DNA of 64,000 nucleotides from NCBI RefSeq assembly GCF_006345805.1, contig NC_043001.1:130944001-131008000 (forward strand), read 5' to 3'. The translations under genes and the position numbers were made by a program. Shown one piece after another: positions 13,495 through 25,497 of this stretch. How positions within the stretch are numbered: the first letter of the stretch is position 1; each line of letters begins with the position of its first letter. This DNA is from Octopus sinensis. Taxonomy: Eukaryota. The notes below the pieces were generated by a model. The model searched no databases. It was not told the DNA's origin and saw only the letters and a list, made by a program, of their open reading frames with translations.

Positions 13495-13906
13495 CTCTTT
13501 TACTCTTTTACTTGTTTCAGTCATTTGACTGCAGCCATGCTGGAGCACCGCCTTTAATCGAGCAACTCGACCCTGGGGCATATTCTTAATAAGCCCAGTA
13601 CTTATTCTATCGGTCTCTTTTGCCGAACCGCTAAGTGATGGGGACACAAACACACCAGCATCGGTTGTCAAGCAATGCTAGGGGGACAAACACAGACACA
13701 CAAACATACACGCACACACACATATATATATATACATATATACGACGGGCGTCTTTCAGTTTCCGTCTACCAAATCCACTCACAAGGCTTTGGTCGGCCC
13801 GAGGCTATAGTAGAAGACAGTTGCCCAAGGTGCCACGCAGTGGGACTGAACCCGGAACAATGTGGTTGGTAGGCAAGCTACTTACCACACAGCCACTCCT
13901 GCGCCT
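13495..13906 (-). mobile_element. OK-like SINE, full length
   Basis: Head ends ttaccacacagccactcctgcgcct; the tail begins ctcttttactcttttacttgtttcagtc. Confidence 0.92.
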
Positions 13907-14212
13907 ATATATACAGTCAGTTAATAAAAATATCAGGAGAAGCACACTCTTAACAGTAGAGCAGTAATTATTACAACAAAATTTTATATAGAGTTACCCA
14001 AGGTTTTGCATCCACAAAGTCAAAGCCTTGTGAACAGCTCATCAGACTCTGTGTGTATGTGTGTGTGTGTGTGTGTTTGTGTTTGTGTGTGTATATATAT
14101 ATATATATACACAGACACACGTTCATTATATAAGACTAAGTGTGGCAAATTAGTTGATTTACTACAGACTCAGAGTTGCTTGCAATATTTGTTTCAGCTG
14201 TCTGCCTTTTAA

Positions 14213-14434
14213 CCCCTTTGCATTTAAATAAGCCATATCCGGCCAAAATACAATACTTCTTTTATGCCCAAAGTGGCCCAGATCTGGCCTCTCACACCTA
14301 CCCCACGATATCATTCTAAAAACATACAACCACATCTTCAAAGTCTCAAAACTATGAGATGGTGCATGATTAATTTAAAGACAACACGAATAATTAAGCA
14401 TTATTTTTGACAGAGTAATCTAAGTGGTAAAGGG
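14213..14434. mobile_element. piggyBac-type MITE
   Basis: TTAA at 14209-14212 and 14435-14438, TIRs cccctttg / taaaggg. Reverse-complement homolog of 33617-33836. Confidence 0.8.
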
Positions 14435-14629
14435 TTAAGTGCAAATATAACCAAGGCTGGTTTAGCCTTTCATCATTTGGGGCTCAATAATTTATGCACT
14501 ACCCCTATACTAGGATGATTCTCTCTCTCTCTCTCTCGCTCTTTCCCATTGAGTCTGTCTCTTCCTCAAACTGCAAGAAATTGGCTGTGAACAGAACTAA
14601 AAAACGATGGCCTCTGTTAGTGCTGAATC

Positions 14630-14955
14630 ATAAAATAATAATAATGAAGTTATTGTATACAGTGCTCAGGTGCACCACAACTTGTCAGAGTATATGCAGT
14701 AATGTACAAATGTCTGGAAAGCGAACAATACACGAGTCAGATACATGCCTGTGTGTGTATGGAGGCGAGAAAATCAGGTGTAGTGTTGGCAGATCTCAGA
14801 AAGCATGGAAGTTTTGAAGGATGCAGTGCTCCGACAACTAACAACTGATGCCGGCAGTTTGTTCCATGCTTCAGCAACTCTCAGCGTGAAAAAATGTTTC
14901 CTGAAGTCATGGGAGCTGTGCTGTTTTCTGACTTTGAAAATATGTCCTAAGATGT
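14630..14955 (-). mobile_element. CR1-group LINE 3' fragment
   Basis: Minus strand gives GHIFKVRKQHSSHDFRKHFFTLRVAEAWNKLPASVV, then 3' UTR ttgtggtgcacctgagcactgta and an (ATT)n tail. Same family as 54262-54525. Confidence 0.88.
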
Positions 14956-15459
14956 CTCCCTATGACTCCAACATGAGTTGAGGGACCAAGGCAAAGTATA
15001 TGTGATGCTGTATTGGATAGAATATTTCTTTTTCCTGATCATGATATTTGTCTGCTGTCATGCTAACTGCAGTGATGACACTGTTTCTGTGTCAGTGTTT
15101 CTAAGAGTATATTATCCAATAAGCTTTCATTATTTTAAGACAGCATGGCATGAATCAAAAGCCTGGTATGATTGAGCAACTGATTATTTCTAACTTGTCA
15201 ATCAATGATGCAGAGGCTCCTTCACTTGTTTTGGAATTTGTTGAACCTGCTGTCAACCAGGTGGAGTCAACCAAGCAGACTTGTGTACCTTTTTACAGTT
15301 CGCTTTAAATCAGATGGTTCCAGGTTTGGTTCTTCTGAACAGCACTTCGGAAATGTTTCCTTTCGGTTGATCTATAGCATGTGAACACAGAAGCTAATAA
15401 ATGGAAAGTATACAGACGTCCTTTGTACACACACACATATGTATACATGCTTATAATGG

Positions 15460-15740
15460 GTAAAGGGTAAAGACCTTCTTTGACCATGAATGATCATGGT
15501 ATTGCCCCCTAGAAAGTTTCCCTCTGCGGCACAAGCCTGGGCAAGGTTGATTATGGAAGACCAGCAGTCACCCATGCATACCAGGTTCCTCTCTCCATAC
15601 CACTAATGTTATCCAAAGGAAAGACAAAGGCCAATACAGCTTGGCACCAGTGATGTCACAACTCAACTGTACAACTGTGTGAACTGGAACAATGTGAAAT
15701 AAAGTGTCTTGCTCAAGAACATAACACATCTGAGTATTGT
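15460..15740 (-). mobile_element. SINE family C2, partial
   Basis: Contains aaataaagtgtcttgctcaagaac and tacagcttggcaccagtgatgtcacaactca, the reverse complement of the 9015-9344 body. Confidence 0.75.
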
Positions 15741-15917
15741 ATGAAGGCACCAGATCTGTTAGAAAAAGCTGACAGAAATGTTTTTTTTATTGCATGAAAC
15801 TATTAGTAGCTCATTAAAATGTATATTGTGTTGATTAAATAATGTTTATCTCTCACCAGATGGAGTACTTTTTGGTTAATCTTACCATCACAGAACAATA
15901 GACAATATATATGTGTG

Positions 15918-15954
<37 letters not shown>

Positions 15955-15955
<1 letters not shown>

Positions 15956-17220
15956 CATCTTCATTTAACATCTGTTGTCCATGCTGGCACAGGTTAGATG
16001 GTTTGACCAGGGCTGGCAAGCTGGAAGGCTGCACCAGACTCCAGTCTGATTTGGCATGGCTTCTACAGCTGGATGCCCTTCCTAATGCCAACCACTCTGG
16101 GAGTGTAATGGATGCTTTTACATGCCACTAGCATGGGTGCCATTTGCATGACATCAGTATCTGCCATGACCACGATTCTGTTTTGCTTGATGGGTCCTCT
16201 TTCTCAAGCACGACATAATGCCAAAGGTCTCAGTCATTGCCTCCAAGAAGCCCAACGCTTGAAAGGAACTCAACCATTTTGCTTCTGTGAGGCCAAATGC
16301 TTGAAAAGATTTCGCCTCTGTCAGGCTCAACGCTCGAAAGGAACTCACCTCCCTGAGGCCCAATGCTTGAAAGAAACTCACCTCCATGAGGCCCAATGCT
16401 TGAAAGAAACTCACCTCCATGAGGCCCAATGCTTGAAAGAAACTCACCTCCCTGAGGCCCAATGCTTGAAAGAAACTCACCTCCATGAGGCCCAATGCTT
16501 GAAAGAAACTCACCTCCATGAGGCCCAATGCTTGAAAGAAACTCACCTCCCTGAGGCCCAATGCTTGAAAGAAACTCACCTCCATGAGGCCCAATGCTTG
16601 AAAGAAACTCACCTCCCTGAGGCCCAATGCTTGAAAGAAACTCACCTCCATGAGGCCCAATGCTTGAAAGAAACTCACCTCCATGAGGCCCAATGCTTGA
16701 AAGAAACTCACCTCCATGAGGCCCAATGCTTGAAAGAAACTCACCTCCATGAGGCCCAATGCTTGAAGAAACTCACCTCCATGAGGCCCAATGCTTGAAA
16801 GAAACTCACCTCCATGAGGCCCAATGCTCGAAAGGAACTCACCTCCATGAGGCCCAATGCTTGAAAGAAACTCACCTCCATGAGGCCCAATGCTTGAAAG
16901 AAACTCACCTCCATGAGGCCCAATGCTTGAAAGAAACTCACCTCCATGAGGCCCAATGCTTGAAAGAAACTCACCTCCATGAGGCCCAATGCTTGAAAGG
17001 TGCTCTTTATGCACCACCAGCTCAGGTGGCAGTTACATGACATCAGCATCAGTCATGACTATGATTTCACTTGGCTTGGCGGGTCTTCTCAAGCAAAGCA
17101 TATCACCAACCGTCTCAGTTGTTAGTCATTGCTTGTGTGGGGCTCATAGTTTGAAGATCATACTTCACCACATGTCGTCCCATGTCTTCCTGGATCGACC
17201 TTTACCACAGGTGCCCTCTA
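15955..17220 (-). mobile_element. Extended family-E element hosting a 33-bp minisatellite
   Basis: Begins catcttcatttaacatctgttgtccatgctggc...ctacagctggatgcccttcctaatgcc. atgacatcag...atgac...cgat/tgat motifs occur on both sides of the array (about 16150 and 17038). Confidence 0.6.
16352..17000. repeat. 33-bp minisatellite, about 20 units
   Basis: Unit gaggcccaatgcttgaaagaaactcacctccat, with ccct variants, one 32-bp unit near 16765, and degenerate copies at 16247-16350. Confidence 0.97.
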
Positions 17221-17258
17221 CAGCTAGAGAGCAGTACTTCTTTATATACAAATACATG

Positions 17259-17312
<54 letters not shown>

Positions 17313-17484
17313 TATATCTCTAAGGAACTATTTTTGTAATGCGCATGTAAAATTTTGGAGGGAAAATTTACGAATTCAATCGTCTATATAGGTTTGACCT
17401 ATGCTCGCTTTCTTCCACTATTTCGATGTTGCCTGGTCGGGAAGTGGAGGTACGTAGCATTTGATAAATCTATTTTAGTGGAGG

Positions 17485-17551
17485 TTTACGCTGATGAAAG
17501 ACATGAAATATATATTTTATTATATTTCTAATCTAGAAACACAGTCGTAAA
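17485..17551 (+). ncRNA. Type I hammerhead-ribozyme-like motif (probably decayed)
   Basis: tttacg CTGATGA a aga cat gaaatata [tattttat] tatatttc taa tct a GAAAC aca GT cgtaaa. Stem I tttacg/cgtaaa pairs perfectly over 6 bp, but one nucleotide appears to be missing at the cleavage site. Confidence 0.55.
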
Positions 17552-17734
17552 TGACCGTTAGACTTTGTTTTCATTATTTATTCCTTCTGTTTTGCATATG
17601 TGAATTACAGGGATATGTCGTATGTGGAGTCTTATTTGTAGAAAATAGAAATAAACAGTCTTTGACTGCTCTTTCTAAGTTTTTCGGTATGTGGCTAAGC
17701 AACCTGTTGCCTGCCTCTTTTATTTATATACAAC

Positions 17735-17817
<83 letters not shown>

Positions 17818-18014
17818 AAAGTGTATGTGTATACATGTACATACATGCTTATGCATTTTCATATACTTATAAGCGTGTAAACTTATATATTCACAAAGGA
17901 TATATATATATATAGACATTAGTAAGAAAAATTTTATGCCAGTGCTTCAGAAATAAAATCCCTCAGAACACAAAAGGCTCTAACTAAATACTGTGAGGTA
18001 TTTTGTACAATGCT

Positions 18015-18179
18015 CTAACTATTCTGCTGCTCATCTGCCACTCCTGACAGTGTTAATAATGATTCCCTGATTCCCATGTTGGCAGCAGGCCACACGTTTG
18101 GGTCCCTATAAACATACAATTGGTTGAAGGGTGGTGGTGAGGGGCATATGTAGTCAATTAAATCGTCCCCAACACAGCA
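18015..18179 (-). CDS. Weak candidate coding exon, unidentified
   Basis: Acceptor-like ttctgtttttctcag at 18180-18194. Phase-0 frame CCVGDDLIDYICPSPPPFNQLYVYRDPNVWPAANMGIRESLLTLSGVADEQQNS*. Possible donor GTATGT at 18117. Non-repetitive and GC-richer than the flanks; no homolog recognised. Confidence 0.2.
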   Translation of the reverse strand, partial: CCVGDDLIDYICPSPPPFNQLYVYRDPNVWPAANMGIRESLLTLSGVADEQQNS

Positions 18180-18681
18180 CTGAGAAAAACAGAATTTCTT
18201 GATTTCTAGGTGCACTTGTATGGCCCATATTAGTGAAGTTCAAAGATCAGTTTGAAGTTGCTTTTTGCTTTGTTTAGGATTAGTGAACGCAGTAACTATA
18301 ATACATAAACCTCCCAAACAACACCATACTAGGCAATAGCCAGTGCATTATTATACATAAGAGATACTTTGGTAGGGTTCTTTGTACCCACAATCATCAT
18401 CATCTTCTTCATCATCTGTAGAGTGAGACTGAACCCAAAACCATGTGACTGAGAAGCAGACTCTTTACAACACAGACACATCTTTGGCTATTATTATGAA
18501 TGTACATTTTACTTGAGAACATACTACACCCGAATAAACACAACAAATACTACAAAGTAATGACAAATGGAGCATTGACTTGACACAGTTGCTCTGATCA
18601 GCACCAAGCAACCTAAAAATAATGATAATGAACATTTCTAACATGAGCATAAAATATATTATTTCGAAGAATTTGATTTAA

Positions 18682-19303
18682 CCTTTTAGCATTCAGATTA
18701 CTCTGTCAAATTCAAAGCTTATTTATTCTCACTGTTTTGAATTAATCATGCATTGTTTCATAACTTTGAGATTTCGATGATGTGATTGTTTCTTTTTAGA
18801 ATGACATTGTAGGAAAGATGTGAGAAGATGGATTTGGCCAGTTTTAACATAAAGCAGGTAGAATATTTTGCGGTGGATTCCAGTATTTCAGTTTATTCCA
18901 CCTTTATGGTACACCTGTTGTGCATTAAATTCAACTGATGATCTAGTGAGGTGCACAATTCTTCTTTATCAAAATTTTGTTGCGTACCCATTTGAATATT
19001 AGCTGATGATTCATTTTCTATGGTGATGTTTAAACAAAATTTTAATATTTTTATCTTTTGCTCAATTTACCTGGATTTACCTGTAATTAAAGTCGCTTTG
19101 TTGAGACAAATATGCAATAGATTGATTAAGAACCCTTTCTTTAATTATGCTCCAATATCACATTAATATGTTGATAAGTAAAAAAGTTACAGTTATTTAA
19201 TGAAACAAGCCTAAATTCATGATTATTTTAGAATTTAATTGAAACTCGTGAGGGGTGTATTTTGGTCAGAAATATAGTAACGAAAGGGTTAAGTGCTAAA
19301 GGG
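18682..19303. mobile_element. piggyBac-type MITE apparently interrupted by a second TTAA MITE
   Basis: Starts TTAA|ccttttagcattcagattactctgtc like 33617. A different interior ends cgaaaggg|TTAA at 19288-19292 and is followed by gtgctaaagggataa, the residual end of the first element. Confidence 0.65.
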
Positions 19304-19681
19304 ATAAACAACCCTTATACTTGACAAGCACTTGCTTTAACAACTTTCAGACAGATGAAGAGCTAAGTCAATGCCAGCACAAGAGTTCAGATTGTTGAAG
19401 GAAGGCAAAGGAATTCAGCAAGACAATTTTGTTCTTTTGACGCTCTACTAATTCTGTTAATTCACCAATAATGGTTTCTGATTTGGGCACGATGCCTGCA
19501 GCTTTGAGGAGAGGGGCTTAATCAATTAAGTTGACCCCCCCCCCCTGCTTGATTTATACTTTATTTTAACAAAACCAGACCTTGGCAGGATTTGAACTCA
19601 GAATGTAAAAAAAAAGTTGGGACTCATACAGCAAATCCACTTTTCTGATACTTGAATGAATCAGACAATCTACCACCATAA

Positions 19682-19739
19682 TAGAAGAAGAAGAAGAAGA
19701 AGAAGAAGAAGACGAAAGGAGGAGGGGGAGGAGAAGAAG

Positions 19740-19771
<32 letters not shown>

Positions 19772-19918
19772 GAATAAAAAAGTCGTGGTAGTAGTAGAGG
19801 TGAAGAGGTAGGAGAGAAGGCACAAGATGAGTAGAAGTTGAAAAAAGAAAGAAAGAAAGAAGGAAGCAAGGAAAGAAAGAAAGAAAGAAAGAAAAAAGAA
19901 AGAAAGAAAGAAAGAAAC
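19682..19918. repeat. (GAA)n / (GAAA)n purine tract
   Basis: Direct reading. Confidence 0.95.
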
Positions 19919-20399
19919 AGCAGTAAATTTTTGGCTCGTATTTCTGTTTCCTGTTTTATAATTTTCCGAGGATATAAAAAGTCCCCAGATATTTTCTCAC
20001 ATTCCATAAAGAATGCAAGCATTATAGATATATTTGCTTCATGTTTGCCATAGTCCCTAGCTAGCAGGGAAAGAAATTTGATTAGAACACAAACTAACTA
20101 ATTTACGGGCTAATAGATACAGCGTTTGATTCACTGGAACAGTAGAACAGTAACAGAAAGCAATTAGCATCAATCGCGTTAAAATCTCTAATGTAATAAA
20201 GAAAGCTTTGCAATCAGTAATTGATAGATACATACATACATTTGTGGCAGCTATATACATATTCATAGATATCTACATAGATCCCATTAGTTTTACATGT
20301 GTTTGTAAATGTATAAACGTGAAATGTATAGTATGTATGTATATATATATATATATATAATATATATATATATATACAACATATATATATATATATACA

Positions 20400-20436
<37 letters not shown>

Positions 20437-21337
20437 CATACATACAATATATATATAATATATATATATATAATATATATATTATACACAAACATATATA
20501 CATACATATATATATACACAAACATGTATATACATACGTGCATATATATATGTATATACATATATATGCACATATGTGTGTAAATACATATATACATGTG
20601 TGTGTGTGTGTATAAATATATACACACAAATGCATATATATATGTGTATTTGTGTGTTTTTATATATATATATATAATGTGCATATATATATTCTTTTAT
20701 TCGTTTGTTTCAGTCATTTGACTGCAGCCATGCTGGAGCACCACCAAATATATAAACAAGTGTGGGAGTATATATATTTACACACACACACACAAGATAA
20801 ATGAATATATATAAATACTAATGTATCAAATGAATGATTTTGAGTCTTATATCTATTCATCTATTATCAAATATACATACATATACAAATACAAATATAT
20901 ACATGTATATACGCGTGTCTGTGAGTGTATGTGTCTGCACTAACACATATATACATAAGCAAAGAAAAGAAAACAGACAACAGAGACACAAATTTATACC
21001 AATGTTTATACAGATGTGTGAATTTTTGATGACAAACAGTGAAAAACAGGCTAAGATTTCTGCCAGATGAAATTACCATCAACTCCTATTTCCTGGTCAG
21101 TTGTAGCTATTCCACTTCATGCAATTTATACTCTTGGGGAAAGACCTATATCATACTATCTGCATTTCACCTCTCACCCAAAACTAACATGGTTAATAAC
21201 CTATTGGTGGATTCCGATGATTAACAATAATCAAAATAATCAAGCAGAAGATATCCATTTTCACAAGAGTTTCAAAAAAGATTAGCTAATTAGTATCTAC
21301 CTAATTACATATATCATCAATATATATGTATGTGTGA

Positions 21338-21368
<31 letters not shown>

Positions 21369-21857
21369 TGTATGTGTATACAGATTAGTCTGTGTGTGTG
21401 CATATATATATATACACACACATACATATATAGTAAGTATACACACATGAACTTCAAAAGGAAATCATCTTAATTCATCTAATTAGGGCATTTATTCACA
21501 CACAGAGTACTCTAGAATGACTAATTAGAAATTGGTTGGAGCCTATGATCAATGTCTAAGAGAAATAAATATAAGAATAAATCTCAAATATACCCACACG
21601 AAGAAAACAGTCTATCTCTAAGTAAACTTCCTGGAACTTCCAAATATTTCTCAGACTACATACTTCTGTGAACCCTAGCTATAAAAAAGCAGTTAGCCAC
21701 GAAGAATGGTAGAATCTGATGAAGCTGGAGTATACAAGAAAGAAATACATTTATGTACAAACGAAACACACATATCTAATCAAGGTAATGAAAAGACACC
21801 TAGAAAACTCTCCTAGGAAAGATATAAAGTTGGAAGTCTTCAAATACCTAAATGTGA

Positions 21858-22290
21858 TGATAATCCATAATATATATCTGGAAGATCCTAGAAGGACTTG
21901 TCCCAAACTTTGGCATTGGGAGTTACACAAATGCTAGAACTGGGCGCCACTGCATAGTGCCAAGGACTCCAAATTTGCCATCAAAATGTAGGACAAGATA
22001 CTGTGATAGCCTGAGCTTCAGAGGCCCACAGCTCTTCAATATCCTCCTGAAGAACCTGAGAGACCTGCATGGGGTGGATGCAGATGTCTTTAAAATAAAA
22101 CTGGATCTCAAATGAACCAACTTCACAGCAGGAGGTGCAGATGAGGGCAGCTGCATCGAACTCTCTCATGCACCAAATGGCAATTGCTAAAAAGCATTCG
22201 TGAAGTAAAATCATGTAGCAACACCAAATGGCGGTGCCCAGCATGGCCACAGCTCATGAGCTGAAACTAGATAAATTAAAATAAAATTCT
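21858..22290 (+). mobile_element. CR1-group (Crack/L2B-like) LINE 3' end
   Basis: IYIWKILEGLVPNFGIGSYTNARTGRHCIVPR...SLSFRGPQLFNIL...FKIKLD...RAAASNSLMHQM, then tail ggcggtgcccagcatggccacagctcatgagctgaaactagataaattaaaa. Confidence 0.8.
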
Positions 22291-23554
22291 AAAAAATAGA
22301 AAATATATATGTATATATATATTTCTGTGAGAGTTAGAGGTTGGGAAACCAACCAACTAAGGAACAGTTCCTATCCAATATGCTGCTAGTAGTGTACCCA
22401 ATTATTCATACCCAAAGGCTGGTCATTGCGTGGCAATCTCCCAATTGAGAGCCACACATGGGCAGGGGTAAAAAGTGGTTTACCCCTAATTCGTCCAGCA
22501 AATAAGAGAAAATGGAGGGGATACATCAGCTGGTACACATGGAAAAGAGTTTAAGATCTTAAACCCTTTCCTGTAATATTAATTAATACATGTGATTGTA
22601 ACACATAGTTACTACATGTGTATGTACTCTTATAATGAATGAATAGACATGCTGAAATGTCTACCGACTGATGTATGTCGGCACAAACTTTCCGGACAAC
22701 CCAATATTATTAGTAACAACATTTGCATTGAAGATACTTTATAGACTACAAGCAGATTCACATTTTCCTATATGCAAACATGGAAAAATGAACTATTAAA
22801 ACAATGAAGATGATAATGAAGATGACTGTTACAACTAATGTCTACAGCAATGAAAGGAGACATACACCAATATTGAGATTTTGAATCTTGCCACCTGTCC
22901 TTTGTTAAAAGCCACATCACATTTAATAAAGCAGATGTGAAAGTTAAATAGTTTATGAACACAAATAGACAAGAGGAAGAGATGACTGGTGGAACTAAAA
23001 GATATTCCTTCAGAAGCAAAAATACCTGAGAAACTTAGTGAATCGTGACATGACAAGCCAAAAGAGATCTCAGTTTCTGTGTTATGGAGAAATCCTCAGA
23101 ATGAGAGCAAAGACAAAAGTAAAATAAAAACATGAATATTTCATTCATAGTCACTTGTAATTCTTGAAACCATAACATTTTATATTCAGCCAAATGTTGC
23201 CTTTCAATCCTACACCAATAATCAAATCTCAGAAATATAATTAAAGAATCCCAAATTAACCAACAGCTGCAAAAACAACCTCCAAATCTTGAAAACTCTT
23301 AACAAAGGCAAAATCCACATCAGAAGAAATAACACAGGTGAAACACAGTGAAATGCAGAGCTCTTTGATGAAATAATTGAACAGAACAAAATCAAATATT
23401 TCAAGAATTAGAAGGAATTGAAAGGTTAATGTAAATATGAATTGCAAAACAAAAAAAAAATCTCATTTACCGCATCATATTCCCACAATGCAATGAAAAT
23501 TATATCGGCCGAATGGAATCAAAATTAATACATAAAGAATTATACTGTTGTCTC

Positions 23555-23900
23555 CTTATTTTGACACATTTGACATGCAGATTTGATTTGCAGCTTTACA
23601 GAATCATCTAGTGTGCTTTGTGACATTGACACATTTGACAGTTATTGACAGATATATAGTCATACAAAATTATATCATTTTAAATTGACATATTTGACAA
23701 CTATTAACACAAATATACAGAACCATATTACTATTTTTTTTAGACTGTCATGTTTGACAACCATTATCAGGAATTTGAATATACAGAGCCATACATGAGA
23801 CATTGACACATTTGACTGTTATTGACAGATATATAGTCATACATTAATGAAGATAAATACATAGTCAAACTGCCACATTTAACAATGATTAAAACATACA
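23555..23900. repeat. Degenerate ~60-bp tandem repeat rich in TTGACA
   Basis: cattgacacatttgac(a/t)gttattgacagatatatagtcataca occurs at about 23625 and 23801, with diverged units in between. Confidence 0.7.
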
Positions 23901-24789
23901 GAATCATATTGTTTCTGTACATTGAAACAAAGCTAGAAATTTGCAAGAGTGAAAGAAGGTGTGTAGTCTATAGCACTGGCCTCAGCATATAACTGGTACC
24001 TGCTATACAGGTGCAACTCCAACTTCCCCAAAACTGATGGTTCAGAACCTCTTATAATCAATACTAATTTATGGGCAGAGACTTCAAATTCCTGCAGCCA
24101 TCAGACTAATTTACTTGTATCTTGCACAGTATAGTATTAATAAACATGTAGCTACATGGTTTCGGGTTCCGTCCCACTGCATGGCACTTTGGGCAGGTGT
24201 CTTCCGCTATAGCCCCGAGTCGACCGAAGCTTTGTGATTGAATTCGGTAGGCGGAAGTTGCTGCTGTGTGTGTATGTGTGTGTGTATGTGTGTGCCTCTC
24301 CGAAAGAGAGAGAGAGAGGGTATCAGTTATACTTACATATAGGTACCTGTATTTCATTTAGTTATTTAAGTAATTTTAAATATTTGCTTAAATTAGGGAG
24401 TGTTGACCAAGGTGACCACTAATCTGGAAAAACTTTGGAACCAAGGGTTCTGAAAAATTGATGCTGTACCTGCATATGGTAATAATTCTATTTGTAACAG
24501 GAAACAGTAAGAAAAAAATGTTTGAAAATTTTCAATATGGAAATAGAATTTTATCTATTTCTGACAATGGCACAATTCTGCAAGAAAAGAAGGTGGATAA
24601 CTAATTGCACTCCATTCCCCCATTTCATTCCACTCCAAAGTTTGGTTTATCCTTGAAGAGAGGAAAGGCAAAGTCTACCACTCAACAATACCAAAATACA
24701 GAATCGTAACAAACCAGTAAGGAGGCTTTCATGGTTTCACCAGGGTTTATGTTTAAGCTGGATTGTTTTTTTGAAAAAAATTACCATTT

Positions 24790-25187
24790 GGCAGTGTGGT
24801 AAGTAGCTTGCTTATGAACCACATGGTTCTGGGTTCAGTCCCACTGCATGGCACCTTGAGCAAGTGTCTTCTACTATAGCCTTGGGCCAACCAAAGCCTT
24901 GTGAGTGGATCTGGGAGACAGAAACTGAAAGAAGCCCGTCAGATATATGTATATGTGTGTGTGTGTGTCTGTGTGTCTGTCTGTGTGTATGTTTGTCCCC
25001 CCCAAATCGCTTGACAACCGATGCTGGTGTGTTTAAGTCGCCGTAGCTTAGTGGTTCGGCAAAAGAGGCCAATAGGAAAAGTACTTGGCTTACAAAGAAC
25101 AAGTCCTGGGGTCGATTTGCTCAACTGAAGGTGGTGCTCCAACATGGCCACAGTCAAATGACTGAAACAAGTAAAAGAGTAAAAGAG
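24790..25187 (+). mobile_element. OK-like SINE
   Basis: Head, internal (TG)n and tail gtaaaagagtaaaagag. Confidence 0.88.
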
Positions 25188-25401
25188 AAGCAGTCATGCA
25201 ACTAAACAGAGAATACTCTCATAAGCCTTGGGGCTAGGGTTACACTTGAAGATCCAAAACTATGAATAGTTTTGCATTGTGTTGAGGAATAAAAGTCTGG
25301 ATTCAATCTCAGGATTTATGTTCAAGGAAGACATAACAAGAAATAAAACAGAGTGTTATGAATAAAATTACAAAATAAATGCATCATTTGATTAACCACC
25401 T

Positions 25402-25497
25402 CTCTAACAAGAGTCAGCTCTAACAAGAGTCAGCTCTAACAAGAGTCAGCTCTAACAAGAGTCAGCTCTAACAAGAGTCAGCTCTAACAAGAGTCAG
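25402..25497. repeat. Perfect 16-bp tandem repeat x6
   Basis: (ctctaacaagagtcag)6. Confidence 0.98.

Noticed and set aside
16352-17000. CRISPR-like array
   Set aside because: The units are contiguous identical repeats without unique spacers, and the context is eukaryotic.
16112-17017. 228-aa (+) and 287-aa (-) 11-residue-repeat ORFs
   Set aside because: Artefact of a stop-free 33-bp unit. The array has a frameshifting 32-bp unit, lies in a retroposon and has no recognisable domain.
21716-21750. Other CTGATGA hits (21716, 18934, 19005, 10277, 11296, and minus-strand 41810, 62758)
   Set aside because: No stem II followed by GAAA and no stem I pairing, so they are chance 7-mers.
22800-23420. 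A-rich pseudo-coding stretch (possible old LINE ORF)
   Set aside because: Multiple stops and no diagnostic motif I can name.
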